Under the pieces are notes generated by a model. It was not told the DNA's origin and made no database searches. It saw only the letters and a program-made list of their open reading frames with translations. DNA of 64,000 nt, from assembly GCA_964530225.1 (NCBI GenBank), contig CAZHBA010000104.1, positions 15,178 to 79,177 of the forward strand, written 5' to 3'. The translations under genes and the position numbers were made by a program. Shown here in pieces: positions 18,944-29,328 of the stretch (positions are counted from its first letter, which is position 1; the number at the start of each line of letters is the position of its first letter). This stretch comes from an uncultured Rhodospirillaceae bacterium. Lineage in GTDB: Bacteria > Pseudomonadota > Alphaproteobacteria > UBA6615.

Positions 18944-19933
18944 ATGCAGCGTATCGGCATCATCGGCGCAGGCGCCTGGGGGACGGCTCTGGCGACAGTG
19001 GCTCGGCGAGCTGGCCGCAACGTAGTTATTTGCGCCCATGAGCCCGAAGTCGTCGAAACGATTAACACTAAGCACATGAATCCTAATTTTTTACCCGGCA
19101 TTGCCTTGGACCCCGGCATCCATGCGGTTGGTGATCTCGCTGAAACGGTGGGCGCCGACGCCGTGTTGCTGGCGACACCAGCGCAGTTCACCCGAGCCAC
19201 GGTCGAGGCCATCGCGCCGCACATGACCAAACTCGTGCCTCTGGTCATCTGCTCCAAAGGCATCGAACAGGCGACCGGCAAATTACTCAGCGAAGTGGTC
19301 TCCGAGACCGCGCCTATACTCACCACTGCGGTTCTGTCCGGTCCGACCTTCGCCGACGAGGTAGCGCGCGGCCTACCAACCGCGGTAACGCTGGCTTGCA
19401 AAAACCCAGATATGGCAAACGCGCTGGTCGAGGCGCTCGGCACCGCAACCTTCCGCCCCTATGCATCGGGCGACGTGGTGGGCGCGCAGATCGGCGGTGC
19501 GGTGAAAAACGTTATCGCCATCGCCTGCGGCATCGTCGACGGACGCGGGTTCGGGCAAAACGCCCGCGCCGCCATCATCGCGCGGGGGCTGGCGGAGATA
19601 ACGCGCTTCGCCGAAGCGCTCAGTGTCGATCCGCGCACGCTGATGGGTCTCTCGGGGCTGGGTGATCTGACACTCACTTGCACTTCGGTCGCGTCGCGTA
19701 ACTACAGCGTGGGCAAGGCGCTGGGCGAGGGCGCGACGCCCGATGACGTTATGGGCGATCGGCGCACGATCGCCGAGGGTGTGTTTACGGCACCCGCCGT
19801 GCTCACCCGCGCAACGGCGCTCGGTGTCGAATTGCCAATTTGCGCCGCGATTAAATCGATCCTGCACGATGAAGCCAACATCGACGCTACCGTCGCCGAC
19901 GTACTTGCGCGCCCCTTCCGGCCGGAAATCTAG
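18944..19933 (+). CDS. gpsA: NAD(P)H-dependent glycerol-3-phosphate dehydrogenase
   Basis: MQRIGIIGAGAWGTALA Rossmann N-terminus and GpsA-specific central and C-terminal motifs (…NPNFLPGI…GAVKNVIAIACGI…), 329 aa. Confidence 0.85.
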   Translation: MQRIGIIGAGAWGTALATVARRAGRNVVICAHEPEVVETINTKHMNPNFLPGIALDPGIHAVGDLAETVGADAVLLATPAQFTRATVEAIAPHMTKLVPLVICSKGIEQATGKLLSEVVSETAPILTTAVLSGPTFADEVARGLPTAVTLACKNPDMANALVEALGTATFRPYASGDVVGAQIGGAVKNVIAIACGIVDGRGFGQNARAAIIARGLAEITRFAEALSVDPRTLMGLSGLGDLTLTCTSVASRNYSVGKALGEGATPDDVMGDRRTIAEGVFTAPAVLTRATALGVELPICAAIKSILHDEANIDATVADVLARPFRPEI

Positions 19934-19969
19934 CCGCACCCCTGTTTACCACCCAGCAAATCTGAGCAC

Positions 19970-20362
19970 ATGGCAGCACCAAAAAACTCAGATGAAAAGC
20001 CCGAGATGCGCGGCAATTTTCGCGTTATTTGCCACATCGATGATATCGGCGAAGCCGGTAAGGGTATTGTCTTGACACGTATCAGTAGGGGTGATCCCAA
20101 CCGCACACTGGATCTATTCCTGGTAACCAACGGCGGTGACGTACACGGCTATTTCAACATTTGCCCGCATCAGGGCACGTCGCTTGACCTCAAACCCGAC
20201 GTATTCCTCGATATCGAGCGCAAATATATCCAGTGCACAACCCACAGTGCCAAATTCCAAAAGCATGATGGGCTTTGTGTCGGTGGCCCGTGCACCGGCT
20301 CGAAATTAATGAAGCTGCCGATCACGGTAGATGACGACGGTGCCGTATTATTGGGCAGTTGA
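19970..20362 (+). CDS. Rieske [2Fe-2S] domain protein
   Basis: CPHQG…(18 aa)…CTTHSAKF matches the CxH…CxxH Rieske ligand pattern. ~130 aa; start could be ATG 20006. Confidence 0.7.
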   Translation: MAAPKNSDEKPEMRGNFRVICHIDDIGEAGKGIVLTRISRGDPNRTLDLFLVTNGGDVHGYFNICPHQGTSLDLKPDVFLDIERKYIQCTTHSAKFQKHDGLCVGGPCTGSKLMKLPITVDDDGAVLLGS

Positions 20363-20425
20363 GCCACCACTCCAATTTCCCGATAATAGGCACCAAGAAG
20401 TGGAAAAAAAGGGAGAGCACACCCG

Positions 20426-22369
20426 ATGTTTCGCGAAAAATTTCCGGTGTCCGACGAATGGGCTAACCGCGCCTGGGCCGACGAAGCCAAATACCAGGAG
20501 ATATACCAGGACTCGATCAGCGACCCAGAAAGGTTCTGGGGCAAGCAAGGTAAGCGGCTCAACTGGATCAAGCCTTACACCAAGGTCAAGGACACCTCGT
20601 TCGACGCCGGCGATCTGCACGTCAAATGGTATTACGACGGCGTTTTGAACGCCTCGGCCAACTGCCTCGATCGGCATTTGGATACGCGCAGCGATCAGGT
20701 GGCGATCATCTGGGAAGGCGACGACCCAGCCGAGGACGACAAGCTCACCTACCGCGACCTGCACGAGCGCGTGTGCCGCCTCGCCAACGGGCTCAAATCG
20801 CTAGGCGTCAAGAAGGGCGACCGCGTTACTATCTATCTGCCGATGATTCCCGAAATCGCCGTCGCCATGCTGGCCTGCGCGCGCATCGGCGCTATCCACT
20901 CAGTAGTGTTCGGCGGTTTCTCGCCGGAATCGATCGCCGGACGCATTCACGACTGCGAATCGTCGATGGTCATTACCTCCGACGAGGGATTGCGCGGCGG
21001 CCGCACCATTCCGCTGAAAGACAATGTTGATCAGGCGATAGAGCGCCTGACCGTCGAACACATCGACAAGGTCGTGGTAGTGAACCGCACCGGCGCCGAC
21101 ATCAACTGGGTCGAGGGCCGCGACGTCTGGTACCACGAGCTTGTCGAAGTGCAATCGGCCGATTGCCCGCCCGAGCCAATGGACGCCGAGGACCCGCTGT
21201 TCATCCTTTACACTTCGGGCTCGACCGGAAAGCCGAAAGGCGTGCTGCATACGACCGGCGGCTACATGGTCTACGTTTCGATGACACACCAATACGTCTT
21301 CGACTATCACGACGGCGATATCTACTGGTGCACGGCGGACTGCGGTTGGGTCACCGGCCACAGCTATATCGTCTACGGGCCGCTGGCCAACGGTGCGACG
21401 ACGACCATCTTCGAAGGCCTACCCAACTACCCCGACGCCTCGCGCCACTGGCAGGTTTGCGACAAGCACGGCGTCAATATCTATTACACCGCACCAACGG
21501 CGATCCGCGCGCTGATGCGCGAAGGCGACGAGCCAGTGAAAAAAACCTCGCGCCGGTCAATCCGCCTGCTCGGCACGGTAGGCGAGCCGATCAACCCCGA
21601 GGCCTGGCACTGGTATCATCAGGTGGTTGGCGACGATCGCTGCCCCATCGTCGATACGTGGTGGCAGACCGAGACCGGCGGCATTCTACTAACGCCGCTA
21701 CCCGGCGCGACAATGTTGAAACCGGGCTCGGCGGCCAAGCCATTTTTCGGCATCCAGCCGCTTATCGTCGACAATGACGGCAACGTGCTGGAAGGAGCCT
21801 GTGAGGGCGTTTTGTGCATAGACGGCAGCTGGCCCGGCCAGATGCGCACGGTCTATGGCGACCATCAGCGCTTCGTCGATACCTATTTCAAAGCCTACCC
21901 CGGCCTGTTCTTTACCGGCGACGGCTGCCGCCGCGACGAGGACGGCTATTATTGGATTACCGGACGGGTCGACGACGTCATCAACGTGTCGGGTCACCGC
22001 ATGGGCACGGCGGAAGTCGAAAGCGCGCTGGTCGAGCATAGCGATGTGGCGGAAGCCGCCGTGGTTGGCTACCCGCACGACATCAAGGGGCAGGGCATCT
22101 ATGCCTATGTCACCTTGAGGGCGGGCGTCGACCAAAGCGATGCATTGCACAACGAGCTAATCAAGTTCGTACGCAAGGAAATCGGCCCCATTGCCACGCC
22201 GGATCTGCTGCAATGGGCACCGGCGTTGCCAAAGACGCGCTCGGGCAAGATCATGCGCCGCATTTTACGCAAGATCGCCGCCAACGAGCACGATCAGTTG
22301 GGCGACACCTCGACCCTGGCTGACCCAACCGTGGTCGACGATCTGGTGGACAACCGGCAGAACCGGTAA
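20426..22369 (+). CDS. acs: Acetyl-CoA synthetase (AMP-forming)
   Basis: 647 aa with AMP-binding motif [12 protein letters not shown], characteristic N-terminus (…[19 protein letters not shown]…) and C-terminal …[18 protein letters not shown]. Confidence 0.9.
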   Translation: MFREKFPVSDEWANRAWADEAKYQEIYQDSISDPERFWGKQGKRLNWIKPYTKVKDTSFDAGDLHVKWYYDGVLNASANCLDRHLDTRSDQVAIIWEGDDPAEDDKLTYRDLHERVCRLANGLKSLGVKKGDRVTIYLPMIPEIAVAMLACARIGAIHSVVFGGFSPESIAGRIHDCESSMVITSDEGLRGGRTIPLKDNVDQAIERLTVEHIDKVVVVNRTGADINWVEGRDVWYHELVEVQSADCPPEPMDAEDPLFILYTSGSTGKPKGVLHTTGGYMVYVSMTHQYVFDYHDGDIYWCTADCGWVTGHSYIVYGPLANGATTTIFEGLPNYPDASRHWQVCDKHGVNIYYTAPTAIRALMREGDEPVKKTSRRSIRLLGTVGEPINPEAWHWYHQVVGDDRCPIVDTWWQTETGGILLTPLPGATMLKPGSAAKPFFGIQPLIVDNDGNVLEGACEGVLCIDGSWPGQMRTVYGDHQRFVDTYFKAYPGLFFTGDGCRRDEDGYYWITGRVDDVINVSGHRMGTAEVESALVEHSDVAEAAVVGYPHDIKGQGIYAYVTLRAGVDQSDALHNELIKFVRKEIGPIATPDLLQWAPALPKTRSGKIMRRILRKIAANEHDQLGDTSTLADPTVVDDLVDNRQNR

Positions 22370-22390
22370 GAGATGTAAAAAAAACATAAA

Positions 22391-22425
22391 AGCGAACGGG
22401 GAATAACTCCGCCCGTTTTTGGAGT
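22391..22425 (+). terminator. Probable rho-independent terminator downstream of acs
   Basis: GC-rich imperfect hairpin (AACGGGG…CCGCCCGTT) immediately followed by TTTTT, 22 nt after the acs stop. Confidence 0.45.
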
Positions 22426-22803
22426 CACTCCGATGGCGAGGATTACTGCGCCGTCGGCGAAGCGGGCGAAGTCGGTGAGCGACACCTCGAGCGTCACACC
22501 GCGTGCACCCAGCGCCACGTTGTCAATGCCGGTTAGTTGGATGAAATAACCAGAGAGCTCGGGATTGACGATCAGCCACACAAGCATATCGAGGGCATCA
22601 CGCTTAGCGAAGCCATCGCCGGCGTCAAAGCGAACCGCACCGATCTGAACTCCTTCGCAGTGCTCGTAACGACCACATCCTCGTACGGCCACGCGTATGC
22701 TGCCCCGGAATAAGTCGAATTTTCTCCACGCTTAAAGCTCAGGATATGGCTCCCTATATTCTGTGTGGCGAGAAACCGCATAAACAGTAGCGGGTGCAAA
22801 TGG

Positions 22804-23055
22804 TCAAAAGTCGACGCAACGACCGTCGCGCTCCCAATCGCCGTAGCGTGTTGGCTCAGGCCCCTTTGGGCCGCCGATCTCTTTGGGTTGCTTTTTGTCT
22901 GTTGCCGCCAGCGTCGCGTAAGGTTTCGAAATTGCCGTAATTTTGGCGGATTTAGCTGTTGGGCTTGCCGATGATGTTTCAGGTGATGGCCGCGCGCGGT
23001 GTTCGGTAAACCTAGGTCGCGGTGACGAAGTCTTCTTAGGACCAGCTTTTTTCAT
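22804..23055 (-). CDS. DUF1674-family small protein (SDHAF4-like)
   Basis: 83 aa ending …GGPKGPEPTRYGDWERDGRCVDF, the conserved C-terminal signature of DUF1674 proteins. Lys/Pro-rich N-terminus. Confidence 0.7.
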   Translation of the reverse strand: MKKAGPKKTSSPRPRFTEHRARPSPETSSASPTAKSAKITAISKPYATLAATDKKQPKEIGGPKGPEPTRYGDWERDGRCVDF

Positions 23056-23325
23056 AGGCCTGATATGGCCAAGGTTGGCGCATTTGCCAAGAGCAATCTG
23101 ACGGCGGAAAGGACGGAGGCCAAAACCGCAAAATTGGCGAACAGGAACTCAAGGAGCCCCAAAATGTGGATAGTCTATCAACAGATATTTCCACATATTG
23201 TAGTCGACACAGCATATTGTGTGCTTGTCCTGGATTGCCACATGATCTAGGCTTTGATTGGAAAAGAGGTGGAATCTGATGTTTTTCCGAATTGGCGACC
23301 ATTCGTAGACAGAAGGTGGACGAAA

Positions 23326-23802
23326 ATGGCATGGACGGACGATCGTGTTGCGATGCTTCGAGAGCTTTGGACGAAGGGACTGAGCGCAAGCCAAATTGCG
23401 GTGCAGTTAGGCGGTGTCAGTCGTAACGCCGTTATCGGCAAGGCACACCGCCTCGGCCTAGAAAGCCGGCCGTCGCCAATTCGCGGCGGGGGCGGGGGGT
23501 CGCGTAGCCGCCGTAACCGGGCTATCAGTAGAGCGATCGAAGCTCGCGCCTTGCGCGGGACCATGGCCAACGAGGAATTAGGCAGCGATACAGAGGCACC
23601 GGAGAACGGTGAAAAGGTTATGGAGCGGCCCCTTGCGCCGCCCGCCCGGCCGATCAGCGACGTCAAGGATTGCCTGTGGCCGATAGGTGATCCCGGCGAA
23701 GACGAGTTCGGTTTCTGCGGTGAGGAGACCTCGCCCGGCCGCCCCTATTGCGCCACACACTGCGCGGTAGCATATATCCGCAAAGACCGGACAGCAGCCT
23801 GA
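23326..23802 (+). CDS. gcrA: Cell-cycle transcriptional regulator GcrA
   Basis: MAWTDDRVAMLRELWTKGLSASQIAVQLGGVSRNAVIGKAHRLGL N-terminal GcrA domain and conserved C-terminal region (…CLWPIGDPGE…FCG…PYCATHC…). ATG 23326 preferred over the upstream in-frame ATG 23254. Confidence 0.85.
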   Translation: MAWTDDRVAMLRELWTKGLSASQIAVQLGGVSRNAVIGKAHRLGLESRPSPIRGGGGGSRSRRNRAISRAIEARALRGTMANEELGSDTEAPENGEKVMERPLAPPARPISDVKDCLWPIGDPGEDEFGFCGEETSPGRPYCATHCAVAYIRKDRTAA

Positions 23803-23857
23803 CGTCACGCGGTAACTTCACTAGCAGCAGGCTAGAAGTGGCCCTATAACGGGGCCG

Positions 23858-25189
23858 ATGAACTTGGCTAAACCCAAAGGCGGACGGGCGCCCGACGCCC
23901 GTTCTACCGCCCTCGATTTACTGGCTACGGTGCTCGATCGCGCTGTGCCGCTCGATGCTGCGCTCGCCCAGTCTGCCGCATTGGCTAAACTGTCGCCGCG
24001 CGACCGCGCCTTTGCCCGGCACCTTGTAGCAACGGTGATGCGCCGGCGCGGCCAGATCGACGCGGCCATCGACGAAAAACTCTCGCGCCCGCTGGCAAAG
24101 CGCCAAATCCAGGTGCGCAACGCATTGCGCCTGGGGGTCGCGCAATTGGCCTTTCTCGAAACGCCGCCACACGCGGCCGTCGATGGCAGCGTCAATCTGG
24201 TGCGTCACAGCGGTCGCGCCGGCATGGCCGATCTGGTCAATGCGATCTTGCGGAGGATCGACCGCGACGGGGCCGACGCGCTGGCAACAACCAAAGAGGC
24301 CGCACGGCGCAACACACCCGATTGGTTGCGGGCTAGCTGGATCACCGCCTATGGCGACGATACCGCTGACGCCATCATGGCGGCCCACCGCGCCGAGCCG
24401 CCGTTGGACTTTACTCTCGCCCAAGAAGAGCAGGCCGAAGCGTGGGCACCGCGGCTAAACGCCGAAATTCTGCCAACCAGGTCCTTGCGCCGACGCGCCG
24501 GCGGCCTGGTGGGCGAACTGGACGGCTATGCAGAGGGTGCCTGGTGGGTCCAAGACGCCGCCGCCGCCCTGCCTGCCCGGCTAATTGGCGATCTTGCCGG
24601 GCGCTCGGCGATCGATTTATGCGCCGCCCCCGGTGGTAAGACAGCGCAACTCGCCACGGCGGGCGCAACGGTCACTGCTGTAGACATTTCAGCCGAGCGC
24701 TTGCGGCTGGTGACAGAAAATATGGAGCGCCTGGGCCTCACCGCAGAAACCGTGTGTGCCAATGCCACCGAATTCACGCCAGCGGCACCGACCGACGCTG
24801 TTTTGCTCGATGCGCCATGTTCGTCGACCGGCGCGATCCGCCGCCACCCCGACATCGCCTGGCTGAAAACACCAGACGACGTGGCAGCAACAGCCGCGCT
24901 GCAAGCACGCTTACTAAACGCAGCGGTTTCGATGCTGGTCCCCGGCGGAACCTTGGTCTACGCCGTGTGCTCGCTGCAGCCCGAAGAAGGGCCAGTGCAA
25001 ATCGACACCCTGTTGGCCGGCGTGGCGGATATCGTGCGGGTACCGGTGGCCAGCGACGAGTTACCCGGCCTCGATGGTCTATCACCCACGGCGATTACCC
25101 CGGACGGCGACGTGCGTACGTTGCCCTGCCACCTTGCCGCGGCAGGTGGCATGGATGGATTTTACATCGCCAGGCTGCAACGGCTGTGA
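23858..25189 (+). CDS. rsmB: 16S rRNA (cytosine967-C5)-methyltransferase RsmB/Sun family
   Basis: N-terminal NusB-like RNA-binding domain and C-terminal SAM MTase with …DLCAAPGGKT…LLDAPCSSTGAIRRHPDI…VYAVCSL… motifs. 443 aa. Confidence 0.8.
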   Translation: MNLAKPKGGRAPDARSTALDLLATVLDRAVPLDAALAQSAALAKLSPRDRAFARHLVATVMRRRGQIDAAIDEKLSRPLAKRQIQVRNALRLGVAQLAFLETPPHAAVDGSVNLVRHSGRAGMADLVNAILRRIDRDGADALATTKEAARRNTPDWLRASWITAYGDDTADAIMAAHRAEPPLDFTLAQEEQAEAWAPRLNAEILPTRSLRRRAGGLVGELDGYAEGAWWVQDAAAALPARLIGDLAGRSAIDLCAAPGGKTAQLATAGATVTAVDISAERLRLVTENMERLGLTAETVCANATEFTPAAPTDAVLLDAPCSSTGAIRRHPDIAWLKTPDDVAATAALQARLLNAAVSMLVPGGTLVYAVCSLQPEEGPVQIDTLLAGVADIVRVPVASDELPGLDGLSPTAITPDGDVRTLPCHLAAAGGMDGFYIARLQRL

Positions 25190-25243
25190 CGAGACTCCTC
25201 TCTGACCTTGCGGCGCAGAGTTTAAATCGGGTACCAAAGCTTC

Positions 25244-25936
25244 ATGGCTGATTTGCCGGTTCTACGCATCGCTCCATCGATTCTGGCCGCCGATTTTGCG
25301 AAGCTCGGCGAAGAAATTCGCGCTGTCGAGGCGGCCGGCGCGGACTGGATTCATATCGATGTGATGGACGGCCACTTCGTACCTAATCTCACCATTGGGC
25401 CAGCGGTAGTAAAGGCGCTAAGGCCGCACACCAGTCTGCCGTTCGACGTTCATCTGATGATCGCACCCGCCGATCCGCTGATCGAAGCGTTTGCCGACGC
25501 TGGCGCCGACACCATCTCGGTGCATCCCGAATCCGGACCTCACCTGCACCGCACCCTGCAAACCATCCGCAGCCTCGGCAAACGTGCCGGCGTGGTGCTG
25601 AATCCGGCAACGCCAGTCGACGAGATCGACCATGTTATGGATATGATCGACCTTATTCTGATGATGACCGTCAACCCCGGCTTCGGCGGCCAGAAGTTTC
25701 TCACCAGCCAGTTGGATAAGATCAAGACCTTACGCCAGAGCATCGATAAGCACGTTACCGGCGGCGGCGCTTCGATCGATCTGGAAGTGGATGGTGGGAT
25801 CGACACCAACACCATACCGCTGGCGGCAGGTGCCGGCGCAGATGTATTCGTCGCCGGCACGGCAACCTTTCGCGGCGGACCCAGCGCCTACGCCGATAAT
25901 ATAAGCGCCCTGCGCAGTGCCGCCGAGGTCAATTAA
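25244..25936 (+). CDS. rpe: Ribulose-phosphate 3-epimerase
   Basis: [17 protein letters not shown]…[14 protein letters not shown]…GGI, 230 aa. TAATG overlap with the next gene. Confidence 0.9.
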   Translation: MADLPVLRIAPSILAADFAKLGEEIRAVEAAGADWIHIDVMDGHFVPNLTIGPAVVKALRPHTSLPFDVHLMIAPADPLIEAFADAGADTISVHPESGPHLHRTLQTIRSLGKRAGVVLNPATPVDEIDHVMDMIDLILMMTVNPGFGGQKFLTSQLDKIKTLRQSIDKHVTGGGASIDLEVDGGIDTNTIPLAAGAGADVFVAGTATFRGGPSAYADNISALRSAAEVN

Positions 25937-27597
25937 TGAGCGCGGCCCTGCTATACGACTGGCACTACAATGTCAGCAAGCTGCTCTACGCGACCCCAGT
26001 TTACCGTTACACCCTGTTAAGCCGGGTACCGCGCGATTTGATCCTGGTGCCGCCCGATGCCTGGCCGGGTAGTGCCGATGCTGGCGCAGCAATCGTCAGC
26101 GGCGAATTCAGTTTCTTCGGCGAAACCGTACGCGGCGACCTGCGGGCTTGGCGGCCGGGCGGCATGAGCGATGCCTGGTTGGCCGAACTACATGGCTTCG
26201 ACTGGCTGCGCGATCTTCGCACACTTGGCGGTGACGGCGCCCGGCGGCAGGCGCGCGAGTTGGTTGGCGATTGGCTGGTTCGACAATCGAACTGGCATGA
26301 GATCGCCTGGCGCCCCGATGTGCTGGGCAACCGCTTGTTTGCCTGGCTCGGCCAGCACGATTTCTTTTGCGCCTCCGCCGATGATGATTACCGCCGGGAT
26401 TATCTGGCGAGCCTGACGCGTCAAGCCAAACACCTATCGCGGGTGCTGCCGCGCGGCGCTCACGGCGCCAGACTCATCCTCGCCACAAAGGGCTTGATCA
26501 CCGCCGGTTTGTCGCTGCCCGGACACAATAACTGGATCAGCCAAGGGCTAAAATTGCTGGAACGCGCCTGCGCTCAGCAGATTCTCGCCGATGGCGGTCA
26601 CATTTCGCGCAGCCCAGCGGTGCAAACCCAAGTTCTACGTCATCTGGTTGATATCCGCAGCGCATTACTCGCCACGCAAAAGGAAGTGCCCGCTTTTTTA
26701 ATGGTGGCGATCGACCGCGCCGTACCGTTTTTACGCATGCTCCGCCACAACGATGGCGGACTTGCCTTGTTCAACGGCAGCAACGAGGGACGCGGCCGGT
26801 TGATCGATATGCTACTGGCGCAGGCCGACTCCCGTGGCCGCCCACTTACCTCGGCGCCCCATTCGGGGTTTGAACGTATCGTCGCCAACCGCACCATCAT
26901 TTTAATGGATACCGGCGGGCCGGCAGCTGGAGCGGCGGACACCGACACCCACGCCGGCACTCTGTCGATGGAAATTTCAATCGGGCGCGAACGGATAATC
27001 GTCAACTGCGGCACCCGTTCCGGTGCACGTGAGCCCTGGTCACAAGTTCAACGGTCGACCGCCGCCCACTCGACGATGATTGTCGACGATACCAATTCGT
27101 CCGCTTTACTGGCAGCCGGCAAGATTGGCCGGCGGCCCGGCGATGTTGCAGTCGACCGCAACGACGAGAACGGCAACGTCTGGATAACCACGAGCCACGA
27201 CGGCTACGGCCCCTTGTACGGCATCACCCATCAGAGACGGCTCTATGTGGATACCAGCGGCAACGATATTCGTGGCGAAGATTCGATGGTGCAGGAAAGC
27301 GAGGGCAAACACCCGTCGCGCGGCTATGCCCTGCGGTTCCATCTGCCCCCCAGCGTGCAAGCTTCGCTGGTGCAAAACGGCAGCGCGGTACTATTGCGGC
27401 CGCCGAGCGGCGTGGGCTGGCAGCTGAGGGCCGATGGCGGCACTGTTTCACTCGCTGAAAGCGTCTATTTAGGCGGCAATGACGAGATCAGACGCAGCGA
27501 ACAGGTCGTCGTTTCGGGCATCTTCGACCCGCCGGATGCTAACGGCACCATCGCCTGCGTTAAATGGGCGCTAAAAAAGGTGCCCAAGAAGGGTTAG
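25936..27597 (+). CDS. Heparinase II/III-like family protein
   Basis: 553 aa, alpha/alpha-toroid plus beta-sandwich type sequence. The position immediately downstream of rpe is conserved for this family in many alphaproteobacteria. Family assignment is from overall resemblance only. Confidence 0.5.
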   Translation: MSAALLYDWHYNVSKLLYATPVYRYTLLSRVPRDLILVPPDAWPGSADAGAAIVSGEFSFFGETVRGDLRAWRPGGMSDAWLAELHGFDWLRDLRTLGGDGARRQARELVGDWLVRQSNWHEIAWRPDVLGNRLFAWLGQHDFFCASADDDYRRDYLASLTRQAKHLSRVLPRGAHGARLILATKGLITAGLSLPGHNNWISQGLKLLERACAQQILADGGHISRSPAVQTQVLRHLVDIRSALLATQKEVPAFLMVAIDRAVPFLRMLRHNDGGLALFNGSNEGRGRLIDMLLAQADSRGRPLTSAPHSGFERIVANRTIILMDTGGPAAGAADTDTHAGTLSMEISIGRERIIVNCGTRSGAREPWSQVQRSTAAHSTMIVDDTNSSALLAAGKIGRRPGDVAVDRNDENGNVWITTSHDGYGPLYGITHQRRLYVDTSGNDIRGEDSMVQESEGKHPSRGYALRFHLPPSVQASLVQNGSAVLLRPPSGVGWQLRADGGTVSLAESVYLGGNDEIRRSEQVVVSGIFDPPDANGTIACVKWALKKVPKKG

Positions 27598-27696
27598 GGT
27601 GGTTTTCCCCCATTCGTTACCAGTCCTTAACTATAACCGGCTACGACACTCCCCAATCGCACACATCAAGATCGGGGAATAAAACGCGTGCTGGGA

Positions 27697-28971
27697 TTAC
27701 AGCTGCCAGCGCCGTAAGCCATCGGGCAGTGTCAGGCCACGCCACATGCCCTTGATGTCAGCGACGACCCCGTCGACCACCGCCAACCGAACCAGGTCGG
27801 CGGCATCGAATTTTCTGTATACATCATGTTGGACGGCACCGATTACCGCATCGTAGCCTTCGGCCCCGTCGAGCCCTGGCAGTAGCTCTAGGTCGTACAG
27901 GGACTTTGCTTCCGCAGCGTCGGCGTGGGGATCGTGAACGTCAACCCGGTGGCCCCGGTCACGCAGAGCACCAATGATATCGATAACCTTGGTGTTGCGC
28001 AGGTCGGGCACGTTTTCCTTAAAGGTTAAGCCGAGCACCAAAACGCGGCCGTTTTCCCGGCCCATTGCGGTATCTATATTGGCGGCAGCAAATGCGCCAA
28101 CACCGTCATTGATGCGCCGACCAGCGAGAATGATCTCAGGATCATGTCCGGCCTGCTTGGCAGCATAGGCCAAATAGTAGGGATCAACCCCGATACAGTG
28201 GCCGCCAACAAGGCCGGGCCGGAAGGATAGGAAATTCCACTTGGTGCTAGCGGCATCGAGAACGTTCTGTACGTCAATACCTAGCCGGCCGAGGATCATC
28301 GCGACTTCGTTGACGAAGGCGATGTTTATATCACGCTGGGCGTTTTCTATAACTTTTGCCGCTTCGGCGGTGCGAATATCGCGGGCCTGATGGATGTCAC
28401 CACCATTGATCGCGCCATAGATGCCCGCCAGTCGTTCGGCGACTTCCGGCGTCTGTCCGGCCACGACTTTCGTAATTTGCTCGACGGTATGTTCGCGGTC
28501 GCCGGGATTGATGCGCTCTGGCGAGTAGCCGAGAAAGAAGTCTTTGCCGCAGGTCAACCCTGACGCGGCCTCCAATGCCGGGCCGCAGATACCTTCCGTG
28601 ACACCCGGATAGACCGTGGATTCATATACGACGATGGCGCCTGGTTTAAGCACCCGGCCCACCGCATCAGTCGCTGCGAGAACCGCGGACAGATCGGGCC
28701 GGTTATCTGCTCCAACCGGCGTAGGAACGGTGATTATTAAGACGCCGCTGCCATCGATTTCGGCCGGGTCGTCGGTAAAACCAAGCGCGCTGGACGCCAA
28801 GGCATCAGACGATATTTCTGCCGTTCGATCGTACCCACCCTTTAGTTCGGTAATTCGTTCGCCGCTTATATCAAACCCAAGCACAGCGCTATGCTTCGCC
28901 AAGGCTATCGCCACCGGCAAACCGACATATCCAAGACCGACAACTACGATTGGCCCCTTGTCGTTCATCAT
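27697..28971 (-). CDS. UDP-N-acetyl-D-glucosamine/galactosamine (or mannosaminuronic) dehydrogenase, nucleotide-sugar dehydrogenase family (WbpA/TviB/VipA-like)
   Basis: N-terminal Rossmann VVVGLGYVGLPVAIALA, catalytic Cys region GGHCIGVDPYYL, C-terminal UDP-binding domain. 424 aa. Confidence 0.8.
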   Translation of the reverse strand: MMNDKGPIVVVGLGYVGLPVAIALAKHSAVLGFDISGERITELKGGYDRTAEISSDALASSALGFTDDPAEIDGSGVLIITVPTPVGADNRPDLSAVLAATDAVGRVLKPGAIVVYESTVYPGVTEGICGPALEAASGLTCGKDFFLGYSPERINPGDREHTVEQITKVVAGQTPEVAERLAGIYGAINGGDIHQARDIRTAEAAKVIENAQRDINIAFVNEVAMILGRLGIDVQNVLDAASTKWNFLSFRPGLVGGHCIGVDPYYLAYAAKQAGHDPEIILAGRRINDGVGAFAAANIDTAMGRENGRVLVLGLTFKENVPDLRNTKVIDIIGALRDRGHRVDVHDPHADAAEAKSLYDLELLPGLDGAEGYDAVIGAVQHDVYRKFDAADLVRLAVVDGVVADIKGMWRGLTLPDGLRRWQL

Positions 28972-29328
28972 TACCTCAACTCGTTTTCAGTACGGCTCTT
29001 AACCGAGGAAGGGTTGCAAGAAAACCACATATGCGCGTATACGCGATAAAATTTGGTGCCGCCATCGACGAGTCGCACGTAAACAGATATTTCACCTGTG
29101 GCAGGGCACATAGCGATCTTTGTAATTGTCAACTAATGCAAGACGACCGGACCCTATGAACCGTCTCGATCGACTGGAAGCCCTCAGTGTCAACATACCG
29201 TGCAAAGCCTATAAACAGGCCCGGCCATTGGCCATGCTATGGTCGAACGGCATGGACTCCAATCTTCCGCCGATGACGCGTGCGGCTACAAGTAAGAACG
29301 CCGGGCTGCGCTCTTCGGGTTATAGGTC

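Noticed and set aside
20626-21777. Several 130-200-aa ORFs in alternative frames inside acs (20626-21030, 21163-21777 +, 20900-21361 -)
   Set aside because: Arg/Ala-rich translations typical of off-frame reads of high-GC coding DNA. acs itself is unambiguous.
22294-22692. 132-aa minus-strand ORF with locally protein-like sequence (…PELSGYFIQLTGIDNVALGARGVTLEVSL…)
   Set aside because: It reads through the acs terminator hairpin and overlaps 76 nt of the acs 3' end. No start or RBS context or family motif was recognised. Most likely it is a chance open frame in GC-rich DNA, though a small convergent gene cannot be fully excluded.
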